A stretch of DNA of 64,000 nt from positions 62,001 to 126,000 of the forward strand of contig OZ176060.1 of the NCBI GenBank assembly GCA_964247055.1, read 5' to 3'. The notes under the pieces were generated by a model, which ran no database searches, was not told the origin of the DNA, and worked only from the letters and a program-made list of their open reading frames with translations. Position numbers and translations under genes: made by a program. Each line of letters starts with the position of its first letter. The first letter of the stretch is position 1. Source of the DNA: Paragordius varius (Eukaryota > Animalia > Nematomorpha). Below are positions 30,601-44,761 of the stretch, piece after piece.

Positions 30601-33600
30601 TAAATTGATATTTGATCGTCGGATTATTGATAATTTGTATTATAGAATCCATGTTTAATGTATTTTTGGATTCAACAATGAACCTTAAATAATGCAATGT
30701 TTAACACAATGAATTTAATAAAATACGTTTTAATTTAGTTAATGATTCTTATTTGATTGTTGAATCTATATGCAGGATTTTGAATATATTTTTACAACTA
30801 AAAACATTGGTCTTTTATTTGAGCTTCAATAAGTATTCATCCTAAATTAATATTGTCGCATTATTGATTATTTGTATTATAGAATACATGTTAAATGTAT
30901 TTTTGATTGAACAACTAACCATAAATTATTCAACGTTTAATATAACACAATGAATTCAATAATACGTTTAATTTGGTTAATGCTTATTTGATTGTTGAGT
31001 CTATATGCAGGATTTTGAATATAGTTTTACAACTAAAAACATGGGTATTTTATTTGAGCTTCAATACGTATTCATCCTAAATTGATATTTGATCGTCGCA
31101 TTGATTATTTGTATATAGAATCCATGTTTAATGTATTTTTGGATTCAACAATTAACCTTAAATGAATGCAATGTTTAAAAAAATGAATTTAATAAAATAC
31201 GTTGTTTTAATTTAGTTAATGATTCTTATTTGATTGTTGAATCTATCAGAATTTTGAATATATTTTTACAACTAAAAACATGGGTCTTTTATTTGAGCTT
31301 CAATACGTATTCATCCAAAATTGATATTTGATCGTCGCATTATTGATTATTTGTATTATAGAATCCATGTTTAATGTATTTTTGGATTCAACAATGAACC
31401 TTAAATAATGCAATGTTTAACACAATGAATTTAATAAAATACGTTTTAATTTAGTTAATGATTCTTATTTGATTGTTGAATCTATATGCAGGATTTTGAA
31501 TATATTTTTACAACTAAAAACATGGGTCTTTTATTTGAGCTTCAATACGTATTCATCCTAAATTGATATTTGATCGTCGCATTTTTGATTATTTGTATTA
31601 TAGAATCCATGTTTAATGTATTTTTGGATTCAACAATGAACCTTAAATAATGCAATGTTTAACACAATGAATTTAATAAAATACGTTTTAATTTAGTTAA
31701 TGATTCTTATTTGATTGTTGAATCTATATGCAGGATTTTGAATATATTTTTACAACTAAAAACATGGGTATTTTATTTGAGCTTCAATACGTATTCATCC
31801 TAAATTGATATTTGATCGTCGCATTATTGATTATTTGTATTATAGAATCCATGTTTAATGTATTTTTGGATTCAACAATTAACCTTAAATAATGCAATGT
31901 TTAAAAAAATGAATTTAATAAAATACGTTTTAATTTAGTTAATGATTCTTATTTGATTGTTGAATCTATATGCAGGATTTTGAATATATTTTTACAACTA
32001 AAAACATGGGTATTTTATTTGAGCTTCAATACGTATTCATCCTAAATTGATATTTGATCGTCGCATTATTGATTATTTGTATTATAGAATCCATGTTTAA
32101 TGTATTTTTGGATTCAACAATTAACCTTAAATAATGCAATGTTTAAAAAAATGAATTTAATAAAATACGTTTTAATTTAGTTAATGATTCTTATTTGATT
32201 GTTGAATCTATCAGAATTTTGAATATATTTTTACAACTAAAAACATGGGTATTTTATTTGAGCTTCAATACGTATTCATCCTAAATTGATATTTGATCGT
32301 CGCATTATTGATTATTTGTATTATAGAATCCATGTTTAATGTATTTTTGGATTCAACAATTAACCTTAAATAATGCAATGTTTAAAAAAATGAATTTAAT
32401 AAAATACGTTTTAATTTAGTTAATGATTCTTATTTGATTGTTGAATCTATATGCAGGATTTTGAATATATTTTTACAACTAAAAACATGGGTCTTTTATT
32501 TGAGCTTCAATACGTATTCATCCTAAATTGATATTTGATCGTCGCATTGATTATTTGTATTATAGAATCCATGTTTAATGTATTTTTGGATTCAACAATT
32601 AACCTTAAATAATGCAATGTTTAAAAAAATGAATTTAATAAAATACGTTTTAATTTAGTTAATGATTCTTATTTGATTGTTGAATCTATCAGAATTTTGA
32701 ATATATTTTTACAACTGAAAACATGGGTCTTTTATTTGAGCTTCAATACGTATTCATCCTAAATTGATATTTGATCGTCGCATTATTGATTATTTGTATT
32801 ATAGAATCCATGTTTAATGTATTTTTGGATTCAACAATGAACCTTAAATAATGCAATGTTTAACACAATGAATTTAATAAAATACGTTTTAATTTAGTTA
32901 ATGATTCTTATTTGATTGTTGAATCTATATGCAGGATTTTGAATATAGTTTTACAACTAAAAACATGGGTCTTTTATTTTAGCTTCAATACGTATTCATC
33001 CTAAATTGATATTTGATCGTCGCATTATTTATTATTTGTATTATAGAATCCATGTTAAATGTATTTTTGGATTGAACAACTAACCATTAATTATTCAACG
33101 TTTAATATAACACAATGAATTCAAAAATACGTTTAATTTATTTAATGATTCTTATTTGATTCTTGAATCTATATGCAGGATTTTGAATATATTTTTGCAA
33201 CTAAAAACATTGGTCTTTCATTTGAGCTTCAATACGTATTCATCCTAAATTGATATTTGATCGTCGGATTATTGATAATTTGTATTATAGAATCCATGTT
33301 TAATGTATTTTTGGATTCAACAATGAACCTTAAATAATGCAATGTTTAACACAATGAATTTAATAAAATACGTTTTAATTTAGTTAATGATTCTTATTTG
33401 ATTGTTGAATCTATATGCAGGATTTTGAATATATTTTTACAACTAAAAACATTGGTCTTTTATTTGAGCTTCAATAAGTATTCATCCTAAATTGATATTT
33501 GATCGTCGCATTATTGATTATTTGTATTATAGAATCCATGTTAAATGTATTTTTGGATTGAACAACTAACCATTATTATTCAACGTGTAATATTACAAAA

Positions 33601-36600
33601 TAAATTTAATAAAATACGTTTTAATTTAGTTAATGATTCTTTGCTTGAATCTATATGCAGAATTTTAAATATAGTTTTACAACTAAAAACATTGGTCTTT
33701 TATTTGAGCTTCAATAAGTATTCATCCTAAATTGATATTTGATCGTCGCATTATTGATTATTTGTATTATAGAATCCATGTTAAATGTATTTTTGGATTG
33801 AACAACTAACCATAAATTATTCAACGTTTAATATGACACAATGATTTCAATAATACGTTTAATTTGGTTAATGATTCTTATTTGATTGTTGAGTCTATAT
33901 CCAGGATGTTAATTAGAGTTTTACAACTAAAAACATGGGTCTTTTATTTGAGCTTCAATACGTATTCATCCTAAATTGATATTTGATCGTCGCATTATTG
34001 ATTATTTGTATTATAGAATCCATGTTTAATGTATTTTTGGATTCAACAATTAACCTTAAATAATGCAATGTTTAATACAATGAATTTAATAAAATACGTT
34101 TTAATTTATTTAATGATTCTTATTTGATTGTTGAATCTATATGCAGGATTTTGAATATATTTTTGCAACTAAAAACATTGGTCTTTCATTTGAGCTTCAA
34201 TACGTATTCATCCTAAATTGATATTTGATCGTCGGATTATTGATAATTTGTATTATAGAATCCATGTTTAATGTATTTTTGGATTCAACAATTAACCTTA
34301 AATAATGCAATGTTTAATACAATGAATTTAATAAAATACGTTTTAATTTAGTTAATGATTCTTATTTGATTGTTGAATCTATATGCACGATTTTGAATAT
34401 ATTTTTGTAACTAAAAACATTGGTCTTTCATTTGAGCTTCAATACGTATTCATCCTAAATTGATATTTGATCGTCGGATTATTGATAATTTGTATTATAG
34501 AATCCATGTTTAATGTATTTTTGGATTCAACAATGAACCTTAAATAATGCAATGTTTAACACAATGAATTTAATAAAATACGTTTTAATTTAGTTAATGA
34601 TTCTTATTTGATTGTTGAATCTATATGCAGGATTTTGAATATATTTTTACAACTAAAAACATTGGTCTTTTATTTGAGCTTCAATAAGTATTCATCCTAA
34701 ATTAATATTGTCGCATTATTGATTATTTGTATTATAGAATACATGTTAAATGTATTTTTGATTGAACAACTAACCATAAATTATTCAACGTTTAATATAA
34801 CACAATGAATTCAATAATACGTTTAATTTGGTTAATGCTTATTTGATTGTTGAGTCTATATGCACGATTTTGAATATATTTTTGTAACTAAAAACATTGG
34901 TCTTTCATTTGAGCTTCAATACGTATTCATCCTAAATTGATATTTGATCGTCGGATTATTGATTATTTGTATTATAGAATCCATGTTTAATGTATTTTTG
35001 GATTCAACAATTAACCTTAAATAATGCAATGTTTAATACAATGAATTTAATAAAATACGTTTTAATTTATTTAATGATTCTTATTTGATTGTTGAATCTA
35101 TCAGAATTTTGAATATATTTTTACAACTAAAAACATTGGTCTTTTATTTGAGCTTCAATACGTATTCATCCTAAATTGATATTTGATCGTCGCATTATTG
35201 ATAATTTGTATTATAGAATCCATGTTTAATGTATTTTTGGATTCAACAATTAACCTTAAATAATGCAATGTTTAATACAATGAATTTAATAAAATACGTT
35301 TTAATTTAGTTAATGATTCTTATTTGATTGTTGAATCTATATGCACGATTTTGAATATATTTTTGTAACTAAAAACATTGGTCTTTCATTTGAGCTTCAA
35401 TACGTATTCATCCTAAATTGATATTTGATCGTCGGATTATTGATAATTTGTATTATAGAATCCATGTTTAATGTATTTTTGGATTCAACAATGAACCTTA
35501 AATAATGCAATGTTTAACACAATGAATTTAATAAAATACGTTTTAATTTAGTTAATGATTCTTATTTGATTGTTGAATCTATATGCAGGATTTTGAATAT
35601 ATTTTTACAACTAAAAACATTGGTCTTTTATTTGAGCTTCAATAAGTATTCATCCTAAATTAATATTGTCGCATTATTGATTATTTGTATTATAGAATAC
35701 ATGTTAAATGTATTTTTGATTGAACAACTAACCATAAATTATTCAACGTTTAATATAACACAATGAATTCAATAATACGTTTAATTTGGTTAATGCTTAT
35801 TTGATTGTTGAGTCTATATGCAGGATTTTGAATATAGTTTTACAACTAAAAACATGAGTCTTTTATTTGAGCTTCAATACGTATTCATCCTAAATTGATA
35901 TTTGATCGTCGCATTTTTGATTATTTGTATTATAGAATCCATGTTTAATGTATTTTTGGATTCAACAATGAACCTTAAATAATGCAATGTTTAACACAAT
36001 GAATTTAATAAAATACGTTTTAATTTAGTTAATGATTCTTATTTGATTGTTGAATCTATATGCAGGATTTTGAATATATTTTTACAACTAAAAACATGAT
36101 TTGAGCTTCAATACGTATTCATCCTAAATTGATATTTGATCGTCGCATTGATTATTTGTATTATAGAATCCATGTTTAATGTCTTAAATAATGCAATGTT
36201 TAAAAAAATGAATTTAATAAAATACGTTTTAATTTAGTTAATGATTCTTATTTGATTGTTGAATCTATATGCAGGATTTTGAATATATTTTTACAACTAA
36301 AAACATGGGTATTTTATTTGAGCTTCAATACGTATTCATCCTAAATTGATATTTGATCGTCGCATTATTGATTATTTGTATTATAGAATCCATGTTTAAT
36401 GTATTTTTGGATTCAACAATTAACCTTAAATAATGCAATGTTTAAAAAAATGAATTTAATAAAATACGTTTTAATTTAGTTAATGATTCTTATTTGATTG
36501 TTGAATCTATCAGAATTTTGAATATATTTTTACAACTAAAAACATGGGTATTTTATTTGAGCTTCAATACGTATTCATCCTAAATTGATATTTGATCGTC

Positions 36601-39300
36601 GCATTATTGATTATTTGTATTATAGAATCCATGTTTAATGTATTTTTGGATTCAACAATTAACCTTAAATAATGCAATGTTTAAAAAAATGAATTTAATA
36701 AAATACGTTTTAATTTAGTTAATGATTCTTATTTGATTGTTGAGTCTATATCCAGGATGTTAATTAGAGTTTTACAACTAAAAACATGGGTCTTTTATTT
36801 GAGCTTCAATACGTATTCATCCTAAATTGATATTTGATCGTCGCATTATTGATTATTTGTATTATAGAATCCATGTTTAATGTATTTTTGGATTCAACAA
36901 TTAACCTTAAATAATGCAATGTTTAATACAATGAATTTAATAAAATACGTTTTAATTTATTTAATGATTCTTATTTGATTGTTGAATCTATATGCAGGAT
37001 TTTGAATATATTTTTACAACTAAAAACATTGGTCTTTTATTTGAGCTTCAATAAGTATTCATCCTAAATTGATATTTGATCGTCGCATTATTGATTATTT
37101 GTATTATAGAATCCATATTTAATGTATTTTTGGATTCAACAATGAACCTTAAATAATGCAATGTTTAACACAATGAATTTAATAAAATACGTTTTAATTT
37201 AGTTAATGATTCTTATTTGATTGTTAAATCTATATGCAGGATTTTGAATATATTTTTACAACTAAAAACATTGGTCTTTTATTTGAGCTTCAATAAGTAT
37301 TCATCCTAAATTGATATTTGATCGTCGCATTATTGATTATTTGTATTATAGAATCCATGTTTAATGTATTTTTGGATTCAACAATTAACCTTAAATAATG
37401 CAATGTTTAATACAATGAATTTAATAAAATACGTTTTAATTATTTAATGATTCTTATTTGATTGTTAAATCTATATGCAGGATTTTGAATATATTTCAAC
37501 TAAAAACATTGGTCTTTTGTTGAGCTACAATACGTATTCATCCTAAATTGATATTGTCGCATTTTTGATTATTTCTATTATAGAATCCATGTTAAATGTA
37601 TTTTTGATTGAACACTAACCATAAATTATTCAACGTTTAATATAACACAATGAATTCAATAATACGTTTAATTTGGTTAATGCTTATTTGATTTTTGAGT
37701 CTATATGCAGGATTTTGAATATAGTTTTACAACTAAAAACATTGGTCTTTTATTTGAGCTTCAATAAGTATTCATCCTAAATTGATATTTGATCGTTGCA
37801 TTATTGATTATTTGTATTATAGAATCCATATTTAATGTATTTTTGGATTCAACAATGAACCTTAAATAAAGCAAAGTTTAACACAATGAATTTAATAAAA
37901 TACGTTTTAATTTAGTTAATGATTCTTATTTGATTGTTAAATCTATATGCAGGATTTTGAATATATTTTTACAACTAAAAACATTGGTCTTTTATTTGAG
38001 CTTCAATAAGTATTCATCCTAAATTGATATTTGATCGTCGCATTATTGATTATTTGTATTATAGAATCCATATTTAATGTATTTTTGGATTCAACAATGA
38101 ACCTTAAATAATGCAATGTTTAACACAATGAATTTAATAAAATACGTTTTAATTTAGTTAATGATTCTTATTTGATTGTTGAATCTATATGCAGGATTTT
38201 GAATATATTTTTACAACTAAAAACATCGGTCTTTTATTTGAGCTTCAATAAGTATTCATCCTAAATTGATATTTGATCGTCGCATTATTGATTATTTGTA
38301 ATATAGAATCCATGTTTAATGTATTTTTGGATTGAACAACTAACCATAAATTATTCGTTTAATATAACACAATGAATTCAATAATACGTTTAATTTGGTT
38401 AATGATTCTTATTTGATTGTTGAATCTATATGCAGGATTTTGAATATATTTTTGCAACTAAAAACATTGGTTTTTTATTTGAGCTTCAATACGTATTCAT
38501 CCTAAATTGATATTTGATCGTCGTATTATTGATTATTTGTATTATAGAATCCATATTTAATGTATTTTTGGATTCAACAATTAACCTTAAATAATGCAAT
38601 GTTTAATACAATGAATTTAATAAAATACGTTTTAATTTATTTGATTCATATTTGATTGTTGAAACTATATGCAGGATTTTGAATATATTTTTGCAACTAA
38701 ACATTGATCTTTTATTTGAGCTTCAATACGTATTCATCCTAAATTGATATTTGATCGTCGGATTATTGATAATTTGTATTATAGAATCCATGTTTAATGT
38801 ATTTTTGGATTCAACAATTAACCGTAAATAATGCAATGTTTAATACAATGAATTTAATAAAATACGTTTTAATTTAGTTAATGATTCTTATTTGATTGTT
38901 GAATCTATATGCAGGATTTTGAATATATTTTTGCAACTAAAAACATTGGTCTTTTATTTGAGCTTCAATAAGTATTCATCCTAAATTGATATTTGATCGT
39001 CGCATTATTGATTATTTGTATTATAGAATCCATGTTTAATGTATTTTTGGATTCAACAATTAACCTTAAATAATGCAATGTTTAATACAATGAATTTAAT
39101 AAAATACGTTTTAATTTATTTAATGATTCATATTTGATTGTTGAAACTATATGCAGGATTTTGAATATATTTTTACAACTAAAAACATCGGTCTTTTATT
39201 TGAGCTTCAATAAGTATTCATCCTAAATTGATATTTGATCGTCGCATTATTGATTATTTGTATTATAGAATCCATGTTAAATGTATTTTTGGATTCAACA
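18651..39300. repeat. Satellite domain B2: ~239-242-bp monomer with several interleaved subtypes
   Basis: Diagnostic GATATTTGATCGTCG, TTTAGTTAATG, GTTGAATCT and AACCTTAAATAAT. Measured periods are 239 (19143 to 19382) and 242 (31801 to 32043). Confidence 0.9.
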
Positions 39301-42300
39301 ATTAACCGTAAATAATGCAATGTTTAATACAATGAATTTATACGTTTTAATTTGGTTAATGATTCTTATTTGATTGTTGAGTCTATATGCAGGATTTTGA
39401 ATATAATTGTACAATAAAAACATTGGTATTTTATTTGAGCTATACGTATTCATCCTAAATTGATACTTGCTCGTCGCATTATTGATTATTTTTATTATGG
39501 AATCCATTTTAAATGTATTTTTGGATTCAACAATTAACCGTAAATAATGCAATATTTAAAACAATGAATAAATACGTTTTAATTTGGTTAATGATTCTTA
39601 TTTGATTGTTGAGTCTATATGCAGGATTTTGAATATAATTTTACAATTAAAACATTGGTATTTTATTTGAGCTTCAATACGTATTCATCCTAAATTGATA
39701 CTTGCTCGTCGCATTATTGATTATTTTTATTATAGAATCCATTTTAAATGTATTTTTGGATTCAACAATTAACCGTAAATAATGCAATGTTTAAAACAAT
39801 GAATAAATACGTTTTAATTTGGTTAATAATTTTTATTTGATTGTTGAGTCTCTATGCAGGATTTTGAATATAATTGTACAATAAAAACATTGTTGAGTCT
39901 CTATGCAGGATTTTGAATATAATTTTACAATTATAACATTGGTATTTTATTTGAGCTTCAATACGTATCCATCCTAAATTGATACTTGCTCGTCGCATTA
40001 TTGATTATTTTTATTATAGAATCCATCTTAAATGAATTTTTGGATTCAACAATTAACCGTAAATAATGCAATGTTTAACACAATAAATAAATACGTTTTA
40101 ATTTGGTTAATGATTCTTATTTGATTGTTGAGTCTATATGCAGGATTTTGAATATAATTTTACAATTAAAACATTGGTATTTTATTTGAGCTTCAATACG
40201 TATTCATCCCAAATTTATACTTGCTCGTCGCATTATTGATTATTTTTATTATGGAATCCATTTTAAATGTATTTTTGGATTCAACAATTAACCGTAAATA
40301 ATGCAATATTTAACGTTTTAATTTGGTTAATGATTCTTATTTGATTGTTGAGTCTATATGCAGGATTTTGAATATAATTTTACAATTAAAACATTGGTAT
40401 TTTATTTGAGCTTCAATACGTATTCATCCTTAATTGATACTTGCTCGTCGCATTATTGAATATTTTTATTATAGAATCCATCTTAAATGAATTTTTGGAT
40501 TCAACAATTAACCGTAAATAATGCAATGTTTAACACAATAAATAAATACGTTTTAATTTGGTTAATGATTCTTATTTGATTGTTGAGTCTATATGCAGGA
40601 TTTTGAATATAATTTTACAATTAAAACATTGGTATTTTATTTGAGCTTCAATACGTATTCATCCCAAATTGATACTTGCTCGTCGCATTATTGATTATTT
40701 TTATTATGGAATCCATTTTAAATGTATTTTTGGATTCAACAATTAACCGTAAATAATGCAATATTTAAAACAATGAATAAATACGTTTTAATTTGGTTAA
40801 TGATTCTTATTTGATTGTTGAGTCTATATGCAGGATTTTGAATATAATTTTACAATTAAAACATTGGTATTTTATTTGAGCTTCAATACGTATTCATCCC
40901 AAATTGATACTTGCTCGTCGCATTATTGATTATTTTTATTATGGAATCCATTTTAAATGTATTTTTGGATTCAACAATTAACCGTAAATAATGCAATATT
41001 TAAAACAATGAATAAATACGTTTTAATTTGGTTAATGATTCTTATTTGATTGTTGAGTCTATATGCAGGATTTTGAATATAATTTTACAATTAAAACATT
41101 GGTATTTTATTTGAGCTTCAATACGTATTCATCCTAAATTGATACTTGCTCGTCGCATTATTGATTATTTTTATTATGGAATCCATTTTAAATGTATTTT
41201 TGGATTCAACAATTAACCGTAAATAATGCAATATTTAAAACAATGAATAAATACGTTTTAATTTGGTTAATGATTCTTATTTGATTGTTGAGTCTATATG
41301 CAGGATTTTGAATATAATTTTACAATTAAAACATTGGTATTTTATTTGAGCTTCAATACGTATTCATCCTAAATTGATACTTGCTCGTCGCATTATTGAT
41401 TATTTTTATTATGGAATCCATTTTAAATGTATTTTTGGATTCAACAATTAACCGTAAATAATGCAATATTTAAAACAATGAATAAATACGTTTTAATTTG
41501 GTTAATGATTCTTATTTGATTGTTGAGTCTATATGCAGGATTTTGAATATAATTTTACAATTAAAACATTGGTATTTTATTTGAGCTTCAATACGTATTC
41601 ATCCTAAATTGATACTTGCTCGTCGCATTATTGATTATTTTTATTATGGAATCCATTTTTAATGTATTTTTGGATTCAACAATTAACCGTAAATAATGCA
41701 ATATTTAAAACAATGAATAAATACGTTTTAATTTGGTTAATGATTCTTATTTGATTGTTGAGTCTATATGCAGGATTTTGAATATAATTTTACAATTAAA
41801 ACATTGGTATTTTATTTGAGCTTCAATACGTATTCATCCCAAATTGATACTTGCTCGTCGCATTATTGATTATTTTTATTATGGAATCCATTTTAAATGT
41901 ATTTTTGGATTCAACAATTAACCGTAAATAATGCAATATTTAAAACAATGAATAAATACGTTTTAATTTGGTTAATGATTCTTATTTGATTGTTGAGTCT
42001 ATATGCAGGATTTTGAATATAATTTTACAATTAAAACATTGGTATTTTATTTGAGCTTCAATACGTATTCATCCTTAATTGATACTTGCTCGTCGCATTA
42101 TTGAATATTTTTATTATAGAATCCATCTTAAATGAATTTTTGGATTCATCAATTAACCGTAAATAATGCAATGTTTAACACAATGAATATATACGTTTTA
42201 ATTTGGTTAATGATTCTTATTTGATTGTTGAGTCTATATGCAGGATTTTGAATATAATTGTACAATAAAAACATTGGTGAGTCTCTATGCAGGATTTTGA

Positions 42301-43723
42301 ATATAATTTTACAACTAAAACATTGATCTTTTATTTGAGCTTCAATACGTATTCATCCTAAATTGATAAATGCTCGTCGCATTATTGATTGTTTTTATTA
42401 TAGAATCCATCTTAAATGAATTTTTGGATTCAACAATTAACCGTAAATAATGCAATGTTTAACACAATAAATAAATACGTTTTAATTTGGTTAATGATTC
42501 TTATTTGATTGTTGAGTCTATATGCAGGATTTTGAATATAATTTTACAATTAAAACATTGGTCTTTTACTTGAGCTTCAATACGTATTCATCCTAAATTG
42601 ATACATGCTCGTCGCATTATTGATTATTTTTATTATAGAATCCATCTTAAATGAATTTTTGGATTCAACAATTAACCGCAAATAATGCAATGTTTAACAC
42701 AATGAATAAATACGTTTTAATTTGGTTAATGATTCTTATTTGATTGTTGAGTCTATATGCAGGATTTTGAATATAATTGTACAATAAAAACATTGTTGAG
42801 TCTCTATGCAGGATTTTGAATATAATTTTACAATTAAAACATTGGTCTTTTATTTGAGCTTCAATACGTATTCATCCTAAATTGATACTTGCTCGTCGCA
42901 TTATTGATTATTTTTATTATAGAATCCATCTTAAATGAATTTTTGGATTCAACAATTAACCGTAAATAATGCAATGTTTAACACAATGAATATTTACGTT
43001 TTAATTTGGTTAATGATTCTTATTTGATTGTTGAGTCTATATGCAGGATTTTGATTATAATTTTACAACTAAAACATTGGTGTTTTTTTGAGCTTAAACA
43101 CCCATTCATAAATTGATACTTGCTTGTCGCATTATTGATTATTTTTATTATAGAATCCATCTTAAATGAATTTTTGGATTCAACAATTAACCGTAAATAA
43201 TGCAATGTTTAACACAAAGAATATTTACGTTTTAATTTGGTTAATGATTCTTATTTGATTGTTGAGTCTATATGCAGGATTTTGATTATAATTTTACAAT
43301 TAAAACATTGGTCTTTTATTTGAGCTTAAACACGTATTCATCCTAAATTGATACTTGCTCGTCGCATTATTGATTATTTTTATTATACAATCCATCTTAA
43401 ATGTATTTTTGGATTCAACAATTAACCGTAAATAATGCAATGTTTAAAACAATGAATAAATACGTTTTAATTTGGTTAATGATTCTTATTTGATTGTTGA
43501 GTCTATATGCAGGATTTTGAATATATTTTTACAAGTAAAAACATTGGTCTTTTTTTGAGCTTAAACACGTATTCATCCTAAATTGATACATGCTTGTCGC
43601 ATTATTGATTATTTTTATTATAGAATCCATCTTAACTGTATTTTTATATTCAACAATCTACCGCAAATAATGCAATGTTTAACACAATGAATAAATACGT
43701 TTTAATTTCGTTAATGATTCTAA
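39301..43723. repeat. Satellite domain B3: ~235-bp monomer, B1-like
   Basis: Returns to GATACTTGCTCG, AATGAATAAATACG, GTTGAGTCT and TTTTATTAT. Period 235 (40681 to 40916), with a near-identical run at ~40700-42000. Confidence 0.9.
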
Positions 43724-44405
43724 TTTTTTTTGAAAAACCACTTTTTTGTTTCAAAATATATTTTTAAATTGAACAAAATTATTGACTTTTAAATGTTTTT
43801 AATGAAAAATTTTACTTAATAACCTAGAGAATTTATATATTTATTCATTTCGGGTTAAAATCTTATAATTATCCAAAAAAAGATATACGGTTTCTCAAAG
43901 ATTTAAAGTTGATATCGATTTAAATTTTATGTATACTAAAGAGATTAAATAAGATTTAGATGATATTTTTAGGTTAATTTTTGGATTTTGAAATTTTGAC
44001 ATTTATTATTTTTTATTTTGATATTATTTTTAAAAATATTAAATTAAATTCCATCTATACTAATGTTTCATCTATAAATTCATTTTTTATCAAATTACCT
44101 CATGTAAAAATTCATGTACATTTTAATTAGATAAATGATTATTTAAATTGATTTAATAATAATAAATTCTAGTTTTTTTTATTTATAACATTTTTCTAAT
44201 CTTATTTTATCACGCTTTTCTTGAAAAAATATTATGTTTAGATTTTAAATTATATTAATTTATAATGTCCTTTAGTGTTTTACAATTACCAATGATCCAA
44301 CTTTATAAGCGACTTTATACAACCTTAGATGATTATAGGATATTTTACATATTTTTTTTCTTAAGTCTAATTAAAGTTTATCTTTGCAAAGTTACTCAAA
44401 TATTA

Positions 44406-44655
44406 CAGTAAAAATTAAAATTATACGGAGAAAACGTAAATATATAAAGACAAATTTGGCAATTCTTAACCGTGATATTTAAGTAAACAAGCAACATTAA
44501 AAAAGTATGCGGTAACACAATCTATTATATATTTTAGAACGTAAGTAAATAATTTTTTTGGAAAAATATTAATGTTTTAAAAATATGGTAATGTTTTAAT
44601 AAAAAAATTTGTCTTTTTATTTCTTAAGTTTTCGCCTGTATTTATTTAGTAATAT
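44406..44655. mobile_element. Degenerate MITE, TA|CAGT-ended family (Tc1/mariner/pogo-like termini)
   Basis: Left end TA-CAGTAAAAATTAAAATTATACGGAGAAAACGTAAATATATAAAGACAAA; degraded inverted partner TTTGTCTTTTTATTTCTTAAGTTTTCGCCTGTA at ~44608-44640. The right boundary is approximate. Confidence 0.45.
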
Positions 44656-44761
44656 TTAATTAATGTCATAAAATTGATATTAAACCGGTTTTTGGCGTAT
44701 GTATTTTTGTCTCGTCATTTACAAATCATTTTTTATAATTAACTTTCACAATTTTTTTTAG

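Larger units (their letters stand above)
1..43723. repeat. Tandem satellite DNA array (one family, ~194-242 bp monomers, head-to-tail, single orientation; runs off the left edge of the window)
   Basis: The core ...GCATTATTGATTATTT...TTGGATTCAACAAT...AAATAATGCAATG...GATTCTTATTTGATTGTTG...GCAGGATTTTGAATATA...GAGCTTCAATACGTATTCATCCTAAATTGATA recurs continuously. The last partial monomer ends at ...TTTCGTTAATGATTCTAA (~43723). Confidence 0.99.

Noticed and set aside
2569-43205. All ORF-track entries within the satellite (e.g. MILARRIIDY..., MVNDSYLIV..., MYFWIEQLT..., MHYLRLIVES...)
   Set aside because: They are one-monomer-long open frames that appear only when indels remove stops. Most monomers are interrupted and there is no coding signature.
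1-43723. CRISPR-like or other repeat-spacer array
   Set aside because: Monomers are similar along their entire length with no unique spacers, the context is eukaryotic, and there are no cas genes.
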